A stretch of 64,000 nucleotides of DNA from Methanocaldococcus sp. 16A. GTDB lineage: Archaea > AGJL01 > Methanococci > Methanococcales > Methanocaldococcaceae. The translations under genes and the position numbers were made by a program. Position 1 is the first letter of the stretch; each line of letters opens with the position of its first letter. Below are positions 35,320 to 45,174 of the stretch, piece by piece. The stretch lies in NCBI GenBank assembly GCA_049860595.1, contig CP187551.1; one strand, 5' to 3'. Under the pieces are notes generated by a model. That model did no database searches. It was given only the letters and a program-made list of their open reading frames with translations, and was not told the DNA's origin.

Positions 35320-36588
35320 TTATGAAGTTGAGGTCTTATTTTTCAACAATATATTTGCTAATGGTTTTGCCCATGAAGCTTCTAAAACAACACTAACTAT
35401 TATTGTCATAAAGGTTGCTACTAATATAGTCCCAGCTAATTCTGCTGGAGGCATCAAACTTGCTATACTTTTTGGGACAATATCTGGATGTTTCATAATT
35501 TCAGTATAAACCATCGCTGATAACGTAGCTGGAACTACTCCTCTCGGCCCCTCTAAAGCTATATAAATTCTTTCAGCAAGTGGTCGAATTGGTGGAATAG
35601 CTGTAGCTATTAAAACACCAACAGGTCTTGCTAAAAGTATAGAACCTAATGCACACATAAACGCTGGAGTAGCGTATTTTTCTAATAGAGGTATTGAGAT
35701 ACTTGCCCCCAATAATATAAAGATTAATATTCTAATAAATATTGATAACTCATCCAAAAACATGGCAACCTTTTCCATATCCGCTCTATGTTCTTTTTTA
35801 TGCACTATAACATTTCCAATGTAAAGACCCATAATAGCCACAGCCATAAATCCACTAATTTCATAGCCAGTTATTGATGGGAAAATTCCCTCAGCAAAAT
35901 ACCAAAAAGCAATAGCCAAACCTAATGTAAATGGGGCAATATAATCTTCAAACTTAATTTTTGATATAATAGATTCATAAAACTTACCAGCAATTAATCC
36001 AAGTATAATTCCTCCAACAGCTAATGAAACAAACTCGAGAATAGGATTCTCAGCTTTTGCCAAACCAAGAGCTGATAAACATATTAACGTTATAACAATC
36101 CCTAATGGGTCGTTAAATACACTTTCTGCCTCCAATGTTATCGCCACTTCAGGATTTATATCCATTTTAGAAAATATTGGGATTAGAGTAGCTGGGTCAG
36201 TGGCAGAGACAATAGCTCCAAATAACAAACCTATTAATGACAAAATTGGAAGGTGGAAGACGAAGTTAAATACAACTCCTGATATAACCCAAACTATTAA
36301 TAACGCCAATATATCAAGTTTTAAAATAACATCTAATACTTTCTTCATAATGTTCCATTCCATTTCAAAAGAACCTATGAATAATAAAATTATTAACCCA
36401 AAGTTTCCAATAAAATCAAATGAGTTTGTAACAATATTTTTTGGAATAATATTTAGAGCAGATAATATAAGTCCAAATATTAATAATAGAGGTATATCTG
36501 GAATACCTATCTTTTTAGCAATTTTTGCTATTATAGCACCTCCAGCAAAAAGAATGGATAGATATCCAAGGAACAACACAATATCCAT
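35320..36588 (-). CDS. nhaP: NhaP-type (CPA1) Na+/H+ antiporter
   Basis: SATDPA, ESVFNDP and GPRGVV motifs. Confidence 0.92.
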   Translation of the reverse strand: MDIVLFLGYLSILFAGGAIIAKIAKKIGIPDIPLLLIFGLILSALNIIPKNIVTNSFDFIGNFGLIILLFIGSFEMEWNIMKKVLDVILKLDILALLIVWVISGVVFNFVFHLPILSLIGLLFGAIVSATDPATLIPIFSKMDINPEVAITLEAESVFNDPLGIVITLICLSALGLAKAENPILEFVSLAVGGIILGLIAGKFYESIISKIKFEDYIAPFTLGLAIAFWYFAEGIFPSITGYEISGFMAVAIMGLYIGNVIVHKKEHRADMEKVAMFLDELSIFIRILIFILLGASISIPLLEKYATPAFMCALGSILLARPVGVLIATAIPPIRPLAERIYIALEGPRGVVPATLSAMVYTEIMKHPDIVPKSIASLMPPAELAGTILVATFMTIIVSVVLEASWAKPLANILLKNKTSTS

Positions 36589-36653
36589 GATATCACCAAT
36601 CTTTTAATTTTGAATATTCATACATTATAGAAAGCACATATAAATCTTTCTAT

Positions 36654-37829
36654 TTGGTGGTAAATGTGAATAGCAATGATTATGATGTTGTTATTATTGG
36701 TGGGGGACCAATTGGCTGTATAACAGGAGAAAACATAAAAAACGGCAAAGTTTTGATTGTTGAAGAGCATCAAAGTATTGGTGTTCCTTTGCAGTGTGCT
36801 GGTTTAATTAGCAAGAATGGAGTTAAAGAGCTTGGAAATCCCAAAGGAGTTGTTAATAAAATTAAAGGGGCATATATATATTCAAAAAATAACTCAGTGA
36901 AAATTGGAAATGAAGAAATTAGAGCTTATGTTTTTGAGAGAAAAGTTATGGATAAAGATATTGCTATAAGGGCTTCAAAAAAATGTGATTTTTTGTTAAA
37001 AGCTTATGGAGAAATTGAAAAAGATAAAGAGAATTATAAAGTTAAAATAACTCACTTAGGAGAAGAAATAGAATTAAAACCAAAAATTATTGTAGGAGCT
37101 GATGGAGCTAAAACAATAACAGGTAAAAAATTGGGATTAGTAAATAATAAGAATAGAGAGATTTTATCAAGCTGCCAATTTGAGATGGTAAACGCTAACG
37201 TAGATGATGATTTTGTCTATGTTTTTTTGGATAAAAGATATTCAGAAAGGTTTTTTACTTGGATAATCCCAATGGGAAATGATAGAGTTAGAGTAGGTTT
37301 GATAGATAAAGGTAACTGTTACAACAAACTCACGAAATTTATAAATGAAAATGAAATAGCAAAGGAAATTTTAAAAAAAGCAACAATAACGGAATTCTCA
37401 ACAGGCTCTTTACCAATAGGATATTTAGATAAAGCTTTTAAAAATAATGTTCTATTGGTTGGAGATGCCGCTTGTCATGTAAAACCTCTAAGTGGAGGAG
37501 GATTGTACTTTGGAGCTATGGGAGGGAAAATAGCAGGAGAGGTCGTTAGTAAATATTTAAACGACGAAATAAATAGTTTGGAACTTTACGATAAAAAATG
37601 GAAAGAAAAATTTGGAAATGAAATAAAAAACGGATTATTAGTTAGAAAAATCTTTTTAAAGTTGGGAGATGATACCTTAGATAAGCTTATTAGTAAATTA
37701 GCAAGGAGTGATTTGATTGACTATATAAATAAGCATGGAGATATGGATAAGCAGGCATTTTTAGCAATGAAAGTTTTAAAATCATTAGATTTTGGACTAT
37801 GCATGAAATTTTTAAGAGATTTGTTGTAA
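36654..37829 (+). CDS. Geranylgeranyl reductase-family flavoprotein
   Basis: GGGPIG, QCAG, GADG, WIIP and GDAA...PLSGGG motifs. Confidence 0.88.
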   Translation: MVVNVNSNDYDVVIIGGGPIGCITGENIKNGKVLIVEEHQSIGVPLQCAGLISKNGVKELGNPKGVVNKIKGAYIYSKNNSVKIGNEEIRAYVFERKVMDKDIAIRASKKCDFLLKAYGEIEKDKENYKVKITHLGEEIELKPKIIVGADGAKTITGKKLGLVNNKNREILSSCQFEMVNANVDDDFVYVFLDKRYSERFFTWIIPMGNDRVRVGLIDKGNCYNKLTKFINENEIAKEILKKATITEFSTGSLPIGYLDKAFKNNVLLVGDAACHVKPLSGGGLYFGAMGGKIAGEVVSKYLNDEINSLELYDKKWKEKFGNEIKNGLLVRKIFLKLGDDTLDKLISKLARSDLIDYINKHGDMDKQAFLAMKVLKSLDFGLCMKFLRDLL

Positions 37830-37861
37830 AAATTAATTTTTAATAATACCAAAAAATAGGA

Positions 37862-40800
37862 TTATTTTATACTCAAAATCTCTTCATGTAAAGCTTTTAG
37901 CACTTCCAAATAATCAACATCCCCATTTTCAATTTTGTCCATAATTTCCTCTAACTCTCTTGTTCTCTCTTCAGATATTAAGTTAGGATAATTATTTATT
38001 AGATAATTATAAACCTCAATTCCCAATTTTGTTGGAATTAATTTATTTTTATCTTTACTTTTTATAACATACCCTCTATCTAATAACTTTTTAATAATTT
38101 GAGCATAGGTTGATGGTCTTCCAATACCTCTCTCTTTCATTAACTTAACAACTTCTCCTTCATCATATAATGGAACTTTTGGAATTTTTCTAATTTTTTT
38201 CTCTAATATTTTTAAAGAGTTTTTCTCAATCTTTGGAAGTTTTTTTAGCTTTAAATTATAAATTCTGCTCCATCCATCAAACTTTATATCTACATAGCCC
38301 TCAACTTTTTCATCCAAATCTTTTATATAGATTTCCTCATAATCTACAACAGCTTCTTTCATTTGAGATGCAATAAATCTTCTAAATATTAAATCATAAA
38401 CTTTTATGTGATTTTTGGTTAATTTTATATTATTTTCCTTTAAAAACTCTATAAGCTCTTCAGTATCCATTGGTTTTGTAGGTCTTATACATTCATGAGC
38501 CCCTTCCATAAAATACTCTCTATTTTTTAAATAATCCTCTAAATTGTTTAGCTTTAGATATTCTCTTGCCACTCTCATCCCATCTAATGAAACTCTTGTT
38601 GAAGAGGTTCTGTGATATGTGGAAAAGCCCAGTTCAAAGAGTTCTTGAGCTATAGCCATTACTTCATCTGCACTTAACCCAAATCTCTTTGTAGCTTCTT
38701 CCAATAATGTATCTGTTGTAAATGGTGGTAGTGGAGGAATTTCTTTCTCATAGATATTTACTTCAACTTCAACTTCATCTTTATCAAATTCTTTTTCCCA
38801 AACCTTTCCAATGTAGATGTCATTTTCCAATTTTAAAGATAAATAAGGAACTTTTATTTTATGTTCATTGTATCTCTCTATAATCCATCCTAAGACAGGA
38901 GTTTGAACTCTACCAGCTGAGAGGTAATGTTTATTAAATACCTCCCATAATTTTTGACTTAATCTAAATCCAATCCACCTATCTTCTATTCTCCTAACTA
39001 TTTGGCCTTTAACTTTATTTTCATCTAACTCTAATTTTTCTCCTTTTTTAAATGATTCTACTGCCTTTAATATAGCCCTCTTTGTAATTTCATTAAATCC
39101 TACTCTATAGATGTTTTTATTAAATGGAAGGGCATTTATGGCTATATCATAACCTATTTTCTCCCCTTCTGTATCAATATCCGTTGCTATAAATATAGCA
39201 TCAACTTCATCTGCAATCTCTCTAATAATTTCTATATTCTCCTTTGCATCCATTGCATTTACTTTTTCTCCTCTTTCAATTAATTGCTTTATTAACTCTT
39301 CAAAATTCTTCTGGTCTGTAAATTGCTCTCCATTCACTTTTTTAATTGATGTATATATTGGAATATATAAGTTATTTTCTATCTTGACTCCATAAAAGCC
39401 CTCTTTTGTAACTAAATCAAATACATGCCCCCCACTTGCAGTTATAATTAAGTTTAAGTCCCCAACACAAACTTCATAAACATTTCTATTGTTTATTTTT
39501 CTAACAGAAGGCTTTCCAAAGAAATTAGCGATAGTTCTAGCTTTGTTAGGACTTTCTACAACCATTAAAACAGATTTTAACAAATCAGGAACTTTCCCCT
39601 TAGCTCTACCTAATTTTATCTTTTCCCTAATTTCATCAATCTCTTTAATTAACTCCTCTAAGTTTATCTCATCAATCTTTTTAAATTCACTTTCATACAT
39701 AAACAGCATGTATTTTTTAAGGTATTCAAAAATCTCTTTTTCATCCACCAATACAATACTTGCTCCTTTAGTTAAACCAAACTCTGTCATCCTTGATGTT
39801 CTTCCAGAAGCTTGAATGTAGGTTTTTACATCAGGGATTAATAATAGATATTCGTTATCTTCTTTTCTAAGTGAAAAATTCTTTATTTTTAATTTTTCTG
39901 TAATTATTTGCCTAATTTCTTCTTCTGTTTTTCCTTCAATGTCAATATCTTCCTTCAACTCCCCTTTCTCTTTTAAATTGTTGATATATTCCTTTAGTTT
40001 AATTTTAAACTTTGGAATTCCATAGAATATTGCATATCTAACTCTTTCAGGCATATCTAAACCTCTAACCAAAACTCCATAGTATGAAGCTACACCAATC
40101 AAAACATCTATCTCTCCATTTCTAAAATCATCAAATCCTTTTTTATCTTTTGAATGAATTAATTTTGCTTTAATGTTGTTTTCTAATAGGAATTTCTCAA
40201 TTTCTTGTGCTTTTTCAATACCATAATCAATTGAGACAAATACAATTCCCCCACTACCAAATAATTTTATATATTCCAATATTTTCTCTTTGCTAAATTC
40301 TTCATCATAAATATCTACAACATCTCTAAGCTTATTCATTCCAAATCCAATTTCAAAATTCAAAAGTTCTCTATAGAGTTTAACTCTATCTCCATAACTT
40401 TTTCCAGTAGCTGAAGCAATTATTAAACAACCATGTTTTATTTTTTCTAATTTTTTCTTTAAAATTTCTCTCTTTTTTAATGCATCATCTATTTTTCCAA
40501 TTTTTATTAAATAGATAATTTTATATGCTTCATTTATAATCTCTTCATTAAATCCTAACAACTTCAAAGTTCTATCAATGTTTTTTGATGCTTTTAATAG
40601 AGCATCGACATCATCAACGAATATAAAGTCAAATTTCATATTTGGAGTGTTTTTTGCTAAAAAATTAGATGTTGTTATTAGTATATCATAATCGTTATTC
40701 TCAATTCTCTCCTTTACCTCTCTCTTTTCCTTTGTTGATAATTCTGAATGATATGCCACCACTTTAATGTTTAATTTATTTTTCTCTATTAGAGATAACA

Positions 40801-41221
40801 TTTTTTCATACGTTTGTTTAACTAAGAGTGTTGTAGGCAGAATTATATAGCATTTCTTTCCTTTTTTAGCTAAAAATAGGCTCATTAATATACCAAAGAA
40901 ACTCTTCCCCACACCAGTTGGTGCAACAATTGAAAAACTTTTGTTTTTTAAAACTCTCTTTGCCCACATCTTTTGTATGCTTAAAAGCTCATATCCTAAA
41001 TCTTTTACAAATCCTTCAAATTCTTTAAATTCATTCCACATAATACAGTAATTCTTTAAGTTATCTAAAGTTTTTTCTTCTCTAAGTTTTTCACATAATT
41101 CTAATTTTTCAAAGACCTTATCTTCTTTTAAACATTTTTCACAAACTCCAATTTCTAACCTTTTGCTTGTTATATCCCCACCACAGTTGGGGCACATCTC
41201 TTTATATATCATCGGTATCAT
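37862..41221 (-). CDS. rgy: Reverse gyrase, intein-free
   Basis: N-terminal CPNCGG zinc finger, APTGVGKS, DDVD, QASGRTSR, VESPNKA and catalytic TYHRT. Confidence 0.98.
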   Translation of the reverse strand: MIPMIYKEMCPNCGGDITSKRLEIGVCEKCLKEDKVFEKLELCEKLREEKTLDNLKNYCIMWNEFKEFEGFVKDLGYELLSIQKMWAKRVLKNKSFSIVAPTGVGKSFFGILMSLFLAKKGKKCYIILPTTLLVKQTYEKMLSLIEKNKLNIKVVAYHSELSTKEKREVKERIENNDYDILITTSNFLAKNTPNMKFDFIFVDDVDALLKASKNIDRTLKLLGFNEEIINEAYKIIYLIKIGKIDDALKKREILKKKLEKIKHGCLIIASATGKSYGDRVKLYRELLNFEIGFGMNKLRDVVDIYDEEFSKEKILEYIKLFGSGGIVFVSIDYGIEKAQEIEKFLLENNIKAKLIHSKDKKGFDDFRNGEIDVLIGVASYYGVLVRGLDMPERVRYAIFYGIPKFKIKLKEYINNLKEKGELKEDIDIEGKTEEEIRQIITEKLKIKNFSLRKEDNEYLLLIPDVKTYIQASGRTSRMTEFGLTKGASIVLVDEKEIFEYLKKYMLFMYESEFKKIDEINLEELIKEIDEIREKIKLGRAKGKVPDLLKSVLMVVESPNKARTIANFFGKPSVRKINNRNVYEVCVGDLNLIITASGGHVFDLVTKEGFYGVKIENNLYIPIYTSIKKVNGEQFTDQKNFEELIKQLIERGEKVNAMDAKENIEIIREIADEVDAIFIATDIDTEGEKIGYDIAINALPFNKNIYRVGFNEITKRAILKAVESFKKGEKLELDENKVKGQIVRRIEDRWIGFRLSQKLWEVFNKHYLSAGRVQTPVLGWIIERYNEHKIKVPYLSLKLENDIYIGKVWEKEFDKDEVEVEVNIYEKEIPPLPPFTTDTLLEEATKRFGLSADEVMAIAQELFELGFSTYHRTSSTRVSLDGMRVAREYLKLNNLEDYLKNREYFMEGAHECIRPTKPMDTEELIEFLKENNIKLTKNHIKVYDLIFRRFIASQMKEAVVDYEEIYIKDLDEKVEGYVDIKFDGWSRIYNLKLKKLPKIEKNSLKILEKKIRKIPKVPLYDEGEVVKLMKERGIGRPSTYAQIIKKLLDRGYVIKSKDKNKLIPTKLGIEVYNYLINNYPNLISEERTRELEEIMDKIENGDVDYLEVLKALHEEILSIK

Positions 41222-41355
41222 AAATAACACCACATTTTGGTAGAACATAATAATTATTATAATATTATTTTTTTAATGTTGATTTGACATAGAAGGGATT
41301 TAAAAACTTTTTGCCTTATTTATTGTTATTACCAAAGTAATCGTAAGTGGTAATT

Positions 41356-41937
41356 ATGGGATTTTTAGATGATAAAAAGAGGACATTAATGAATTTAGAG
41401 CTTGCTATAAGGGAAGGTTTGGTTGATGAAGAGATAATTCCAATATTAAATAAAATTAATGAGCTTGATGATTATTATACCACATCAAGTTGTATTGGCA
41501 GAGTAGGAATAATGGAAATTCCAAAAGATAAAAATCCAAAACTGTATTCAAGATGGCTTGGAAAGTGGCATCACTACGCTACTTATGATGAGATGTTTGA
41601 TGCATTAAAAGAGAGAAAAGAAGGTTATTTAGTTTTCGTTATGAACTCTCCTATATTGCATATTGCATGTAAAGACATTGATTCTGCAAAAAAGATGCTT
41701 GAATTAGCCATACACTCTGGATTAAAAGCTTCTTCAATAAAGTCAGTTTCAGAGAAAAGGGTTATTGTTGAAATTTTAACAACCTATAAGGTAGATGCCC
41801 CAATAGGTGAGGATGGAAAAATATTTGTTGATAATAATTATTTAAAGTTTTTATTGGATTATAGTAATTCTAAACTTAAAAAAGCAAGAGAAATTTTAAT
41901 GAGATGGGCAAATAGGTTAGATGAGCTAAATAAATAA
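41356..41937 (+). CDS. taw3: tRNA wyosine methyltransferase Taw3/Tyw3
   Basis: YTTSSCIGR, KWHH and PILHI motifs. Confidence 0.92.
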   Translation: MGFLDDKKRTLMNLELAIREGLVDEEIIPILNKINELDDYYTTSSCIGRVGIMEIPKDKNPKLYSRWLGKWHHYATYDEMFDALKERKEGYLVFVMNSPILHIACKDIDSAKKMLELAIHSGLKASSIKSVSEKRVIVEILTTYKVDAPIGEDGKIFVDNNYLKFLLDYSNSKLKKAREILMRWANRLDELNK

Positions 41938-41946
41938 ACTAAATTA

Positions 41947-42618
41947 TTATTTAATTATTTCAACTATCTCTCCATCTCTCAACTTAATAATCTTAGAAGC
42001 AAACTTTAACAACTCTTGCTCATGTGTAACCATAATTATTGTTATTCCATTATCATTCAACTTCTTCAAGATATTCATAACAACCTCTCCACTTTTACTG
42101 TCTAAATTACCAGTAGGTTCATCTGCAAATATTATCTTTGGATTGTTAGCTAAAGCCCTTGCTATAGCAACCCTCTGCTGTTGCCCTCCACTCAATTGAT
42201 GAGGATAATGATACATTCTATCTTCCAAACCAACCAACTCTAAAAGCTCCTCTGCTCTCTTCCTTCTATATATTTTATTCTTCTCATCCAATATCATTGG
42301 TAATTCAACATTTTCTAATGCAGTTAGTGTTTTTATCAAATGAAACTGCTGAAATATAAACCCACAAATCCTTCTTCTAAATATTACCCTCTCATTCTCA
42401 CTCATTGAGCTTGTTTTTCTCCCTTTATAATAAACCTCCCCTTTTGTAGGGACATCTAAAAGAGCTAAAATATTTAGTAAAGTGGATTTACCACAACCAG
42501 AGGGACCAATTATCATTACAAACTCCCCTTCTTCAATTTCTAAATTTATATTTTTTAATGCAATTGTTTTTGCCTCCCCTCTTCCATAAATTTTCCAAAC
42601 ATTTTCAGCTTTTATCAA
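41947..42618 (-). CDS. LolD/MacB-like ABC ATPase
   Basis: GPSGCGKS, LSGGQQQR and ADEPTGNLD motifs. Confidence 0.93.
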   Translation of the reverse strand: MIKAENVWKIYGRGEAKTIALKNINLEIEEGEFVMIIGPSGCGKSTLLNILALLDVPTKGEVYYKGRKTSSMSENERVIFRRRICGFIFQQFHLIKTLTALENVELPMILDEKNKIYRRKRAEELLELVGLEDRMYHYPHQLSGGQQQRVAIARALANNPKIIFADEPTGNLDSKSGEVVMNILKKLNDNGITIIMVTHEQELLKFASKIIKLRDGEIVEIIK

Positions 42619-42620
42619 TT

Positions 42621-43808
42621 TTACTCCCCTCTCAATGTTTCTATTGGATTCAACTTAGCCCCCCTCCTTGCTGGGAAATATCCGCTAACAACTCCAACCA
42701 AAAACGAAAATGCCAAAACTCCAACAATTAACTCCCAAGAAATCCAAGCATTTACCATCAAATATCCCATTTTATGAGCTAAAATTTCAACGACTTTTGC
42801 TATCAAAATTCCCAAAATTAAACCAATTATTCCACCAAATAATCCTAAAAATCCAGATTCAACAACAAATATTGCTAAAATGTCAGTAGTCTTTGCTCCT
42901 AACGCCTTTAATATACCTATATCTTTCCTCCTCTCCAAAATACTCATATGCATTGTGTTTGAGATTCCCACAGCTCCAACCAATAAAGATATAGCTGCTA
43001 CTCCAACAACGAATATTGTTATAACTCCAAGAATAGAGCTAACAGATTCAGCCAACTGCTCTGATGTTAAAACAGAGAACTCTTCATCTCCAAAGCATTT
43101 TTTTAAAGCTTTTCTGATGTCTTCAGAGACTTTTTTTACATCTTCACCTTCTTTTACAGTCACCATAATAAAGTTATACTTTTCCTCATTTCCAAATAAT
43201 TTTTCTCCAACATCTATATTTAGGATAATTGAGTTATCATCCTGTTGATTACCTACCTGTTTTAATATTCCTACTACTCTAAATTTTTTGTCCTTTATTT
43301 TTATTACATCTCCAACCTCTATTTCCCTATCAAATAAATTATGCGCAACACCATAACCAATAATACATGCATATTTGTCATTATCTTTTAACCACCTACC
43401 CTTTTCAAGCCCATAACCACTATTCTCATAAGCCTCTTTCATTTTTGTAGGAATTGCATAATAGTAGGATACATAAGCCTTTTTACCATTATACTCAATC
43501 TCACATCCTCCATACCAACCATACATCACTGTTTCAACACCTTTAACATTTTTAACAGTTTTAACCTCTTTTTTTGTAAATAGATGTGTGGGAGGAACGC
43601 CAAACTGTTTTATTGGTAGAATTGTTATTTTATTAGAACCTATTTTCATCATTTCTTCATGTATATAAGTTTTAACTCCATAACCCAAAGAAATTAAACT
43701 AACTATGGCTAAAACTCCAATTACAATACCTATAATAGTCAATAAACTCTGAGTTCTTTTTTGTTTTATATTTTTAAATGCAAAGATTATGATGTCATCA
43801 AATTTCAT
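42621..43808 (-). CDS. MacB/FtsX-type ABC permease
   Basis: N-terminal TM, extracellular domain, ERRKDIGILKALGA, PARRGAKLNPIETLR. Confidence 0.92.
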   Translation of the reverse strand: MKFDDIIIFAFKNIKQKRTQSLLTIIGIVIGVLAIVSLISLGYGVKTYIHEEMMKIGSNKITILPIKQFGVPPTHLFTKKEVKTVKNVKGVETVMYGWYGGCEIEYNGKKAYVSYYYAIPTKMKEAYENSGYGLEKGRWLKDNDKYACIIGYGVAHNLFDREIEVGDVIKIKDKKFRVVGILKQVGNQQDDNSIILNIDVGEKLFGNEEKYNFIMVTVKEGEDVKKVSEDIRKALKKCFGDEEFSVLTSEQLAESVSSILGVITIFVVGVAAISLLVGAVGISNTMHMSILERRKDIGILKALGAKTTDILAIFVVESGFLGLFGGIIGLILGILIAKVVEILAHKMGYLMVNAWISWELIVGVLAFSFLVGVVSGYFPARRGAKLNPIETLRGE

Positions 43809-43920
43809 AAATTTCCCCTAAAATTATCAGCCATATTATACAGTGTCTATAGTGTCTTAATAAATAATATAATATATAATCATCTCTTAATAAATAAATA
43901 TTTATAATAAAATTGGTGAT

Positions 43921-45108
43921 ATGATGTTAAAAAAATTTTTAACAATTTTAATAGGATTAGTTATTTTTCTCATATTATCTCAAGTATCAGCTATTCAAGT
44001 AGATGAAATCCAGTATCAGCCAAATATTATTCATCCAGGGGATGATGTAGATTTGTGGATTAAAATAACTAATAATAATTATGATAATGAAGTGAAAAAT
44101 ATAGTTGTTGAGATATCTCCACATTATCCATTTGAGTTAAAGCAAGTAAATCCAATTAAAGGGAGAGCAACAATTAGCCATCTAAATCCTGGAGAATCAG
44201 ATACTGTATATTTCAAACTACATGTAGATGAGAATGCTCCTTCAAGAGATTATAGAATAGATGTAAAAGTAAGTTATGATGAGGTTGATAAAGAAAATGG
44301 TGAAGAGATAACTCATCACTATGAATTTACTAAACCTTATTATCTCCCAGTTTATGGAATTGCAAGTTTTCAATTAAAAATAAATGATACTTCAATAAAT
44401 CCTGGAGAAACAAAAAATATTATGCTAAATATAAAGAATGTTGGAACCGGAAATGCAAAAAATATAAATATATATTTGATTGGAAATGATAAAATCAACA
44501 TTTTAGGTGGAAGCTTAATTTTCATTGGATGTTTAAAAGCAAATAGTCAATATACAATCCCTATAAAAATATATGCAGTTCCAGAGATTGAAAATGGAAT
44601 ATATCCAATTAATGCAAAATTATTTTGGATTGGAGAAGATGGAAGGAATTATAATTTAACAATCCCTTTAAACATAAGGGTTGTAAAAAAAATCTATAAA
44701 AATCAACCGTACATTTATTTAGATGATGTAAAAAATAAAGGAGATTATGTGGAAATAACTATTGGAATTGCTAATAGAGGGACAACAAAAATTAGACATT
44801 GTGTAATGATTTTAAATGCAAATGGGAAAAATTATACCAAATATATTGGAGATTTGGATGAGGATGATTACGATACCTCAATCTTTGAAATTAATGATTT
44901 TGGAGAGATTCAAATTAAAGTAGCTGTTAATTACTTTGATGATTACCACAATTCATATAATATCACAAGAACATTCAATATACATGTAGAAAAATTAGAA
45001 AATCATGAATCATTAAATATTATCTATATAATCAGTGGTGTGATTGTTATTGTAGCAATTCTCTATCTCATCATAAGAAAAAGACGTAAAAACTTTGAAG
45101 AAATTTAA
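43921..45108 (+). CDS. COG1361 S-layer-domain surface protein
   Basis: Signal peptide, Ig-like repeats (PGDDV, PGET, NVGTGNA), C-terminal TM with basic tail. Confidence 0.8.
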   Translation: MMLKKFLTILIGLVIFLILSQVSAIQVDEIQYQPNIIHPGDDVDLWIKITNNNYDNEVKNIVVEISPHYPFELKQVNPIKGRATISHLNPGESDTVYFKLHVDENAPSRDYRIDVKVSYDEVDKENGEEITHHYEFTKPYYLPVYGIASFQLKINDTSINPGETKNIMLNIKNVGTGNAKNINIYLIGNDKINILGGSLIFIGCLKANSQYTIPIKIYAVPEIENGIYPINAKLFWIGEDGRNYNLTIPLNIRVVKKIYKNQPYIYLDDVKNKGDYVEITIGIANRGTTKIRHCVMILNANGKNYTKYIGDLDEDDYDTSIFEINDFGEIQIKVAVNYFDDYHNSYNITRTFNIHVEKLENHESLNIIYIISGVIVIVAILYLIIRKRRKNFEEI

Positions 45109-45174
45109 ATTTAAAACTTTTATATTTTTAAGAAAAAAATTTAAAAAAATTAGAGATATATGAGTCGGATGGTT

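Noticed and set aside
34530-35320. Fluoride riboswitch upstream of crcB
   Set aside because: The crcB start overlaps cbiE, and the next intergenic region holds an MJRE copy with no riboswitch consensus
40307-40319. 13-nt match in rgy to the 3' flank (putative guide) of the HgcC-like RNA
   Set aside because: A short AT-rich match of this kind is plausible by chance and is not evidence of targeting
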